A stretch of DNA of 11,323 bases, taken from NCBI GenBank assembly GCA_052386995.1, contig JBQTJP010000183.1, positions 1 through 11,323 of the forward strand, in the 5' to 3' direction. Of this stretch, positions 1 to 7,065 are shown piece after piece. The notes beneath the pieces are model-generated. The model saw nothing but the letters and a program-made list of their open reading frames with translations. It was not told the origin of the DNA and ran no database searches. This stretch comes from Armatimonadota bacterium (GTDB lineage: Bacteria > Sysuimicrobiota > Sysuimicrobiia > Sysuimicrobiales > Humicultoraceae). Made by a program: the position numbers and the translations under genes. The first letter of the stretch is position 1. Every line of letters starts with the position of its first letter.

Positions 1-608
1 ACGCGATCCCGGCGCTGCAAAATCGTCACCTTCACCCCCAACCGGTGAAAGATCTGACCGAACTCCAGGCCCTCAGGACCGCCACCGATGATTACCAGCG
101 ACGGGGGGAGTTCGTCGATGTCCATGATCGTTTCGTTGGTGAGAAAGCCGACTTCCTTGAGTCCTGGGATGTCGGGGATGTTCGGGACGACGCCGGAGGC
201 GACGATCACCTTGTCTACCTCGATCGCGCGGTCGTCCACCTCGAGCGCGTTTGGTCGGACAAACCGGGCCCGCCCTCTGATGAGGTCGATCCTGGGATTT
301 TGCTCCAGGCCACGTTCGATGCCGGAGACAACAGATCCGACGATTGCGTTCTTGCGCGCCCGTATGCGCGGCCAGTCGACCTCGATACTCGCCGCCCGGA
401 AGCCGAACTCTGCGCCCCGGCGGGCAGTGTGTATGGCTTTCGCAGACCCTACCAGGGTCTTCGTGGGGATGCACCCCACATTCACTCAGGTGCCGCCGAG
501 CTTCCCGGCTTCGATCAGGACAACACGCGCCCCCATCGAGGCGGCCCGGTTCGCCGCCCCGAGCCCACCCATACCTGCACCGATGACCGCAAGGTCATAC
601 ACCGCCAT
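1..608 (-). CDS. Class I pyridine nucleotide-disulfide oxidoreductase (MerA/RclA/dihydrolipoamide dehydrogenase-like), 5' part, probable selenoprotein with Sec41; runs off the left edge
   Basis: RBS GGAGGA (620-615), ATG at 608. FAD-binding start YDLAVIGAGMGG. GGT-[TGA 488-486]-VNVGCIPTKTLV matches the family GGTCxNxGCxPxK motif. The frame stays open to the window edge through VIVASG, FLTNETIMDIDELPPSLVIIGGGPEGLEFGQIFHRLGVKVTILQRRDR (NAD(P)H-binding GxGxxGxE). Confidence 0.92.
463..488 (-). promoter_or_regulatory. Candidate bacterial SECIS element directly after the in-frame UGA
   Basis: mRNA reads UGA GUGAAU GUGGGG-UGCAU-CCCCAC: a perfect 6-bp stem (479-463) with a 5-nt loop carrying G at loop position 2. 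Confidence 0.55.
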
Positions 609-777
609 GTGCATTCCTCCCTGAGTCTCCGCTGAAACGGATTCTAGCCTTACTGGCTCTCCAGATGCCCCTTTCAGTTCACGCAATGGCTCATCCGAGA
701 AATGTCACGGCGGAACGCCTGCGCGGCGAGCTTGATCTGAACTGCACCGCCCCCGTTAGTTTCGGTGTCCGCCTGAA

Positions 778-1467
778 CTACTTGGCAAACGCCTCAAAGA
801 AGGGCGGGAACGTTCCGGGCTTTTCGGGGGGTTCAAACCGGATATCTGAAACCTGGAAACCAGCGGCCGCCAGCCGATCGGCTAGCGCCAGTGGGGACGC
901 GGTCGCCACTCGCACATGCCCGCAACGGGACTCTCCGTCCAGGCGCGTGGCAACGGTGATCGCCTCTTCTCCGGCGGTCAGCTCGCCCAGCGTCTGAGCG
1001 AGCGTCGCGAGATCACGGAGACCTTTCGGGAGTTCCACGGACATTCGAACGCCGCGGATGTCGCCACCGAGCAGGTGCACCAGGGTGTCGAACAGATCGC
1101 TCTCGGTCACGATGCCGACGAGCTTTTGGCGATCAACGACCGGCAACGCACCGATCTTTCTCTCGCGGAGTAGCCGGGCGGCCACCTCCACCGGGGCGTC
1201 CGGCGCAATCGTGAAGGGATCTCTGGTCATGACGCCCGCAACCCGCGCATTCCGCACCGCGGCGGAGGCGCGGGGCCGCAGTACCGTCCATGACGACGGG
1301 AAGACACCCATCAGGTCCGTCCAGGTAATGATGCCGATCAGCCTGGGGCCATCTACAACGGGCAGATGCCGGATCTTCAGCGCGCGCATCAGCCCGAACG
1401 CTTCTTCCAGCGTGGTGCCGGGCTCAATGGTTCTGGGATTGGCGGTCATGCAGTCCCGGACGAACAT
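778..1467 (-). CDS. CBS-domain pair protein with a C-terminal ACT-like region (AcuB-like)
   Basis: MFVRDCMTANPRTI...IRHLPVVD...LIGIITWTDL and VMTRDPFTI...IGALPVVD...LVGIVTESDLF are two CBS repeats. RBS AGGGGGA precedes ATG 1467. Confidence 0.88.
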   Translation of the reverse strand: MFVRDCMTANPRTIEPGTTLEEAFGLMRALKIRHLPVVDGPRLIGIITWTDLMGVFPSSWTVLRPRASAAVRNARVAGVMTRDPFTIAPDAPVEVAARLLRERKIGALPVVDRQKLVGIVTESDLFDTLVHLLGGDIRGVRMSVELPKGLRDLATLAQTLGELTAGEEAITVATRLDGESRCGHVRVATASPLALADRLAAAGFQVSDIRFEPPEKPGTFPPFFEAFAK

Positions 1468-1498
1468 CGCAGTCCCCCTGCGGTGCGTCACCACAAGC

Positions 1499-1619
1499 AG
1501 TCTAGGTCAGCCCGAGGCCGTCTGCCATCAGGCGCCCGGACGAATCCGACATCGGGTCCTGACCCGATGGAAAATCCATATCCGAGCCGATGGAACTCGC
1601 CGTCTGATGCCAGTAGCAT
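1499..1619. promoter_or_regulatory. Divergent promoter region with three 18-bp palindromic boxes and two -10-like hexamers
   Basis: Boxes at 1527-1544, 1551-1568 (within the perfect palindrome CATCGGGTC-CT-GACCCGATG, 1550-1569) and 1574-1591. TAGACT (minus, 1504-1499) and TAGCAT (plus, 1614-1619) each lie 22 nt from the outer boxes. Confidence 0.6.
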
Positions 1620-1714
1620 CATCGGCAACAGGTGTCCCGGCCGCCACCACCAGCACGTGCAGTCGGCCCGGGAACGCTACAAAGCTACATGTCACCCTCA
1701 AAGGGGGCTCGCAC

Positions 1715-2788
1715 ATGAAGAGGACGAGCAGGCAGGATTGGCAGTCTGTAGCGGCAGAGGAGCGGAAAGGCCGGCTGACCCGGCGGAGCCTGCTCTCGCT
1801 GCTGGGGCTCTCTGGCGTGGGCGCGGCCCTGGGTCTGGCCCCTTCCATGCGGGGGATGATCGCTCAGCAAACCGGACTTGAACACGCGACACACGCCATT
1901 CCGACCGCCTTTGCCGGGGCCGCAAGCGCGGAAGAGATGGACGCCATGCACGAGGCGGTCGTCAAAGCCTTTCCGGCGAAGACCGAGGGAGTGGGGAATC
2001 TCCCTCTCAAGCCCCGCATCGAAAAAGGCACCAAGGTTTTTGAGCTGACCGCCAAAGCCGTTCAATGGGAGGTCAAGCCCGGGAGCCGGATCGAGGCCTT
2101 TGCATACAACGGCGTCGTACCCGGTCCGATAATCCGCGTGCGGCAGGGAGACCGGCTCCGTGTGATCCTCAAGAACGAACTTCCTGAGAGCACCGCCATC
2201 CACTGGCATGGCGTGATGGTGCCCAACAAGATGGACGGAGTCCCGTACGTCACCCAGCCGCCCATCAAGCCCGGCCAAACGTTCGTGTATGAGTTTGTGG
2301 CGCGTAACCCCGGTACACACATGTATCACTCGCATCACGCGGCGGACATCCAGGTGCCAAAGGGCCTCCTCGGCGCGTTCATCATCGATCCCAAGGACTC
2401 CACGCGTGAGCCCAGGGTCGCCCAGGATGTCGTCATGATCCTCAACGACACCGTTCTCGGCTACACGCTCAACGGCAAACAGTTCCCCGCTACCGAGCCA
2501 ATCGTCGCCAAGCGGGGAGAGACCATCAGGGTCCGCTTCTTGAACGAGGGACTCCTCATTCATCCCATGCACCTGCATGGCATGCCGATGAAGGTCATTA
2601 CCAAGGACGGATGGCCGGTTCCCCAGCCGTACATGTGCGACACGCTGAACATAGCCCCTGGGGAGCGTTATGACGTGCTCGTTCACGCCACAGAGGAGGG
2701 CCTCTGGGCATTCCACTGCCACATCCTCAACCATGTGGAATCGCGAAATGGGATGCACGGCATGGTGACGGTGCTGATCATCAAGTGA
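1715..2788 (+). CDS. Tat-exported two-domain multicopper oxidase (small-laccase-like, type-1 Cu site in domain 2)
   Basis: ATG 1715 after AAGGGGG. Twin-arginine signal LTRRSLL plus hydrophobic stretch. Copper motifs HWHG, MYHSH, HPMHLHG and FHCHILNH...M. 357 aa. Confidence 0.93.
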   Translation: MKRTSRQDWQSVAAEERKGRLTRRSLLSLLGLSGVGAALGLAPSMRGMIAQQTGLEHATHAIPTAFAGAASAEEMDAMHEAVVKAFPAKTEGVGNLPLKPRIEKGTKVFELTAKAVQWEVKPGSRIEAFAYNGVVPGPIIRVRQGDRLRVILKNELPESTAIHWHGVMVPNKMDGVPYVTQPPIKPGQTFVYEFVARNPGTHMYHSHHAADIQVPKGLLGAFIIDPKDSTREPRVAQDVVMILNDTVLGYTLNGKQFPATEPIVAKRGETIRVRFLNEGLLIHPMHLHGMPMKVITKDGWPVPQPYMCDTLNIAPGERYDVLVHATEEGLWAFHCHILNHVESRNGMHGMVTVLIIK

Positions 2789-2816
2789 GGCGCGGCGCCG
2801 CGGCGCGCGCCGCGCC
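2789..2816 (+). other. GC-rich stem-loop directly after the oxidase stop (possible 3' stabiliser or atypical terminator)
   Basis: GGCGCGGCGC (2789-2798) pairs with GCGCCGCGCC (2807-2816); no U-tract follows. Confidence 0.4.
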
Positions 2817-2835
2817 GGCGGGGGTCGGGCAAACA

Positions 2836-2881
2836 ATCGGGCGGCAGCCCGATGGTCACCCGGCCCCTCGCTCTTTATAAG
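2836..2881 (+). promoter_or_regulatory. Palindromic box plus -10-like element upstream of the receiver-domain gene
   Basis: ATCGGG-CGGCAG-CCCGAT (2836-2853), then TATAAG at 2876-2881, 22 nt downstream. Confidence 0.6.
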
Positions 2882-2908
2882 GGGGATATAAGCAGGAGCG
2901 GAAACACG

Positions 2909-3286
2909 GTGACCGCTGAGCCGCTGCGCGTGGCGATCGTCGAGAGCTTGCCGGAGGTGCACCTGGCCGTCGCGGGCCTGCTGGAGCACGAGGCCGACAT
3001 GTGCGTGGTCGGGCACGCCCGCTCGCTGGCGGAACTCGTGGCCGCCGACCCTCTGGCCCTTGACGTGCTGGTCGCAGACCTGCGGACGTGCATCGGCTCG
3101 CCCGCGGCGCTGGAGCGGCTGCGGGAACGCTATCCCGGACTGCGCCTGATCGTCACGATGATGAACGGCGGACGCGAGTATGAGAAGGCCATTGCCCGGC
3201 TGTCCCCGGACGCCTGGTTGCCAAAATCGGACTTGGGTGGACGGCTGACAAGCACGTTGCGAAGCCTGCGGCCGTCCGGTATCTGA
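2909..3286 (+). CDS. Stand-alone, atypical response-regulator receiver (REC) domain protein, NarL-like
   Basis: RBS AGGAG then GTG 2909. LRVAIVES...VVGHA...DVLVADL...LRLIVTM...AWLPKS follows the REC beta/alpha pattern. No output domain; 125 aa. Confidence 0.75.
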   Translation: MTAEPLRVAIVESLPEVHLAVAGLLEHEADMCVVGHARSLAELVAADPLALDVLVADLRTCIGSPAALERLRERYPGLRLIVTMMNGGREYEKAIARLSPDAWLPKSDLGGRLTSTLRSLRPSGI

Positions 3287-3295
3287 ATCGGCGAG

Positions 3296-3514
3296 GTGAA
3301 GGAGGGCACAGGCCAGCCCAATCGAAGACTGCGAACGCCGGAGGTGTTGCACGCAGCGGTGCGCCGGGCCGGGTGCTGCCCCCCGGAGCATTTCGACATG
3401 GTGGTTGCCGACCTCGTGGCACGCGGCCAAGTCAGCATCAACGCGGCGGAAGGGATCCCGTGCCGGATCCGGTTGGCGACGTTTTGCGGCGTCCCAGGCA
3501 ACCAGAGCGAGTAG
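3296..3514 (+). CDS. Small hypothetical protein with four Cys (including a CC pair)
   Basis: 72-aa ORF starting 9 nt after the REC gene stop on the same strand. No recognisable domain; weak RBS. Confidence 0.35.
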   Translation: MKEGTGQPNRRLRTPEVLHAAVRRAGCCPPEHFDMVVADLVARGQVSINAAEGIPCRIRLATFCGVPGNQSE

Positions 3515-3689
3515 CCGCCGCTCCTTGTAGCCACGCTCGCGCACATGATCGGGTTCATTCGGGACCGGTTGCACACGTACGCGCCTATTTTGCGCAGCGC
3601 GGCGTTCCGGGATCCCGTGCTGGATCTACTAAAGCTGTTTGATAAACTGGGAATGGAACTGCGCGTGCCGCATTGAGAGGAGATCGCAC

Positions 3690-4328
3690 GTGTCCAGGGA
3701 CTTCACCCCCGCCCTCCGGTTCCGCTGGCTGACAGCCCTCTACGACCCCTTGATGGAGCGCTGGACGTCCGGTACGGCCCTGCGGGAGGCCGTGATCGAA
3801 GCTCTCGACCTCAGGCCCGGGCTGAGGCTGCTCGAGTTAGGGTGCGGGCCTGGCCGATTGGCCATCGAGATCAAGCGCCGCTGGCCGACGGTGACCATCG
3901 ACGCGCTGGACCGCGATCCCGAGATTCTGGATGTGGCGACACGCAACGCGGCGGCCGCGGGTGTCGACATCACGTTCCGCGAGGCCGACATTGCGAACCT
4001 GTCCGCCCTCGGCCCGTACGACCGGGCCTATTCAACTCTGGTCTTCCATCACCTAAAGCCGGAAGACAAGCGGGGAGCGCTGGCGGGCGTTCGCCGGTCG
4101 CTAGCCCCCGACGGGATGTTTGTCGTGGGGGACTTCGGCAGGCCCCGAGGCCGTCTCCAGTGGGCGCTGTTCAGCGCGGTCGGATGGCTCGACGGCATCC
4201 AGAACACGGCGCCGCATCGAGACGGGCGGTTCGGGCAGCAGCTGCGCGACGCGTTCGGACACGTGCAGTCAGTGGCTGTGCGGCCCACGATCTTCGGAAC
4301 CCTGGAAGTGTTCGTCTGCCGGCCCTGA
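3690..4328 (+). CDS. Class I SAM-dependent methyltransferase
   Basis: RBS GAGGAG then GTG 3690. Motif I LLELGCGPG, followed by ALDRD, ADIANL, YDRAYSTLVFHHL and LAPDG...VGDFG. Confidence 0.9.
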   Translation: MSRDFTPALRFRWLTALYDPLMERWTSGTALREAVIEALDLRPGLRLLELGCGPGRLAIEIKRRWPTVTIDALDRDPEILDVATRNAAAAGVDITFREADIANLSALGPYDRAYSTLVFHHLKPEDKRGALAGVRRSLAPDGMFVVGDFGRPRGRLQWALFSAVGWLDGIQNTAPHRDGRFGQQLRDAFGHVQSVAVRPTIFGTLEVFVCRP

Positions 4329-4339
4329 AGGAGGACCCG

Positions 4340-6544
4340 ATGCACAGCCACGATCATCAACCGGCAGGAGTGCCGTGCCCCATCTGCGGGCGCGTGTGCC
4401 TGTCCTGTCAGGCCGCGGTGCTGGGCGCCTCATGCGGCTGCGAATTCGAGGCCAAGCAGTTCGAGTACAACCTCGAGGAGAAGGTGGGAGCCCACGCCCA
4501 CCACGAGACGCGCCACGGCGTCGCCGAAGCCCACGACCACGAAGCCATGATGACCGACCCGCGCATGGCCCGCTTCATGGAAGCGGACATGCGGCGGCGG
4601 TTCCTCTGGTCGCTCGCACTCACGGTGCCGGCCGTGCTCTACTCGCCGCTGGGCGCAAACCTCCTGGGCGTCCGCCTGCCCGAACCAATCCCGGCCAACT
4701 GGATCCTGTTCCTGCTGACGACGCCGGTCGTTTTCTGGACCGGCTCGATCTTCATCACGGGCGCCTACCACTCGCTGCGGAAACGCGCACTTAACATGTC
4801 GGTCCTGATCAGCGTCGGCGTCCTGGCCGCGTACCTGTTCAGCGTGCTCATCACGGTGCTCAATGCCGGCGAGACCTTCTACGAGGCCGCAGCCATGCTG
4901 GTCACGTTCGTCCTCTTTGGGCACTGGATGGAGATGCGCTCGCGCCGCGGCACCTCGGACGCCCTCCAGGCGTTGTTCAACCTGGTGCCGCCCAAGGCCC
5001 GCGTGGTGCGCGACGGGCAGGTCGTCGAGGTGCCGACTAGCGAGATCCGCAAGGGCGACATCGTCGAGTTGCGGCCGGGCGACCGGGTCCCGGTGGACGG
5101 GCAGGTCACCGAGGGTGAGACCGCCATCGACGAGTCGCTGGTCACCGGCGAATCGATCCCCGTGGCCAAGCGGCCTGGCGATCAGGTCATCGGCGGCACG
5201 ATCAACCAGTCCGGCTCGATCCGGTTCACGGCTACGAAGGTCGGTGAGGAGACTGCGCTGGCGCAGATCGTGAAATTGGTCGAGGAAGCGCAGTCCTCGA
5301 AGGCGCCCGGCCAGCGCATCGCCGACCGCTGGGCTCAATACCTGGTAATTCTCGCCGTCGGCGCCGGCGTCATCACGTTCGTCGTCTGGTACGGCGTCGT
5401 GCGGGAGTCGCTGCTGCTGGCCCTGACGTTCGCCATCTCGGCCGTCGTCATCGCCTGCCCCGACGCGCTCGGCCTGGCGACTCCCACGGCCGTGGCCGTC
5501 GGCACCGGCGTGGGCGCGCGGCACAACATCCTGATCAAGAACGCCGCCGCGCTGGAGGGACTCTCGCGGATCACCACCGTCGTCATGGACAAGACCGGCA
5601 CCCTTACGGAAGGTCGGCCGCGCGTGACCGATGTCGAAGGTGCGGACGGCCTCCGACCCGAGGAGGTCCTGCGCCTGGCGGCTGCCGCTGAGGCGCGATC
5701 CAGCCACCCTATGAGCAAGGCAGTGCTCGAGGAAGCCGAGCGCCGGAAGGTCCCAACGGACGGACAGGTTACCCGTTTCGAAAATATCGCCGGGCATGGC
5801 GTACAGGCGACGGTCGAGGGCAAGGACGTGCTCGTCGGCACGCCGCGGCTGATGCGGGACCGTGGCATCGATCTGGCGCCGGTGCAGGGCCACCTGGACC
5901 GGTTGCTAGGCGAGGGCAAGACCCTCATGGTCGTGGCGATCGACGGGCGCGTGGCCAGCGTCGCGGCCGCGGCCGATCCACCGCGGGAGACCTCGGCACA
6001 AACGGTCGAGGGTCTCCGCCGTCTGGGGATCGAGGTCGCGATGATCAGCGGCGACAACCGGCCTACGGCGGAGGCGGTGGCCGGGAAGCTGGGCATCGAG
6101 CGGGTCTTCGCCGAGGTGCTGCCCGAGCATAAGGCCGACTATGTAAAGCGGCTGCAGCAGGAGGGGAAGTTCGTCGCCATGGTCGGCGACGGCGTCAACG
6201 ACGCGCCGGCTTTGGCCCAGGCCGACATTGGCATCGCCATCGGCGCCGGCACCGACGTCGCTATCGAGACCGCCGACGTCGTCCTGATGCGCTCGGACCC
6301 CGCAGACGTCCTGCGCGCCATCTTCCTCTCGCGCGCCACCGTCACCAAGATGCGGCAGAACCTCTTCTGGGCCTCGATCTACAACGTGCTGGCCATCCCG
6401 ATCGCCGCCGGCGTGCTGTATCCTGGCTTCGGCATCATGCTCCGGCCGGAGTGGTCGGCGCTGCTGATGTCCGCTTCATCGATCATCGTCGCCACCAACG
6501 CGGTGCTCCTCAAGCGCGCCGAGGGCCGGCTGAAGGACATCTAA
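4340..6544 (+). CDS. Copper-translocating P1B-type ATPase (CopA/CopB-like, CPD motif)
   Basis: RBS AAGGAGGA, ATG 4340. Motifs TGES, IACPDALGLATP, DKTGT, SSHP, MVGDGVNDAP, TM7 YN and TM8 MSASS. 734 aa. Confidence 0.95.
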   Translation: MHSHDHQPAGVPCPICGRVCLSCQAAVLGASCGCEFEAKQFEYNLEEKVGAHAHHETRHGVAEAHDHEAMMTDPRMARFMEADMRRRFLWSLALTVPAVLYSPLGANLLGVRLPEPIPANWILFLLTTPVVFWTGSIFITGAYHSLRKRALNMSVLISVGVLAAYLFSVLITVLNAGETFYEAAAMLVTFVLFGHWMEMRSRRGTSDALQALFNLVPPKARVVRDGQVVEVPTSEIRKGDIVELRPGDRVPVDGQVTEGETAIDESLVTGESIPVAKRPGDQVIGGTINQSGSIRFTATKVGEETALAQIVKLVEEAQSSKAPGQRIADRWAQYLVILAVGAGVITFVVWYGVVRESLLLALTFAISAVVIACPDALGLATPTAVAVGTGVGARHNILIKNAAALEGLSRITTVVMDKTGTLTEGRPRVTDVEGADGLRPEEVLRLAAAAEARSSHPMSKAVLEEAERRKVPTDGQVTRFENIAGHGVQATVEGKDVLVGTPRLMRDRGIDLAPVQGHLDRLLGEGKTLMVVAIDGRVASVAAAADPPRETSAQTVEGLRRLGIEVAMISGDNRPTAEAVAGKLGIERVFAEVLPEHKADYVKRLQQEGKFVAMVGDGVNDAPALAQADIGIAIGAGTDVAIETADVVLMRSDPADVLRAIFLSRATVTKMRQNLFWASIYNVLAIPIAAGVLYPGFGIMLRPEWSALLMSASSIIVATNAVLLKRAEGRLKDI

Positions 6545-6574
6545 ATTAGGTCCTCTGGACACCTTCCAGCCACG

Positions 6575-6617
6575 TTAATCTTCCCTTAATCACTTTCTAG
6601 CTGCGGCGCACTATCCT
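6575..6617 (+). promoter_or_regulatory. OmpR/PhoB-type direct-repeat box plus -10 element
   Basis: TTAATC-ttccc-TTAATC (6575-6591, 11-bp period), then TATCCT at 6612-6617. The same architecture recurs at 7066-7109. Confidence 0.55.
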
Positions 6618-6629
6618 CACGATGCGGGG

Positions 6630-7045
6630 ATGGATCTTTCAGCCATCGAATCCGGCCAAGTGTATCTGCGGCTTGTGCGCGTCGACATTGCGCAGGTTAC
6701 GCGTGACGCCGTCGATTCGTTCCGCGGGCGCGCCGCCCAGGTGGGGATTGCGCTCGAGTACACTGGCCCCGTACGCGATCTAACCGTGCGCGCGGATCAG
6801 ATCCCGACCGCATAGTACAGATCCTCGGAAATCTCCTCGACAATTCGCTGAAGTTCACCCAGCCCGGCGGCCGCGTGGCCGCCTCCGTCGCGGCACACCG
6901 CGATCACATCGCCATCCTCGTGGAGGACACCGGCCCCGGCATCCCGCCCAATGACCTGCCGTATATCTTCGACCGGTTCTTCAAAGCCGACCGCTCGCGC
7001 GGCGGGCAGCGCGGCGCCCGGTTCGTCGTGACGCTCCCGGTCTAG
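6630..7045 (+). pseudogene. Sensor histidine kinase relic (HATPase_c region only; frameshifted, G2 box missing)
   Basis: DLSAIESG...TVRAD, then a frameshift near 6795-6804 into DPDRIVQILGNLLDNSLKFT (N box), VEDTGPGIP (G1) and IFDRFFKADRSR (F), jumping directly to GARFVVTLPV* with no GxGLGL. No H box or sensor domain. Confidence 0.88.
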
Positions 7046-7065
7046 TCGCCTGGAACAACGTCAGC

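Noticed and set aside
1..608. Naming the reductase merA, rclA or lpdA
   Set aside because: The diagnostic C-terminus is outside the window, there is no NmerA domain, and no mer or 2-oxoacid dehydrogenase genes are visible.
45..635. Plus-strand ORFs 45-635, 88-624, 344-586 and minus ORF 73-474
   Set aside because: Antisense or off-frame shadows of the reductase in high-GC DNA, with no motifs.
486..686. 66-aa ORF as a complete small protein starting at 686
   Set aside because: It is the N-terminus of the reductase cut at the in-frame TGA; the RBS supports ATG 608.
1058..1714. N-terminal extension giving a 576-aa oxidase
   Set aside because: It overlaps the CBS gene antisense and the promoter region; the RBS and Tat signal indicate a start at 1715.
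2786..2816. TGA plus hairpin after the oxidase as a second Sec site
   Set aside because: The TGA falls at the natural end of the last beta-strand, not at a conserved Cys position.
3548..3565. ATCGGG-N6-CGGGAC as a seventh box
   Set aside because: Only one good half-site and no -10-like hexamer at the 22-23 nt spacing.
3842..4339. N-terminal extension giving a 900-aa ATPase, or a methyltransferase-ATPase fusion
   Set aside because: It is an off-frame overlap with the methyltransferase; a strong RBS precedes ATG 4340.
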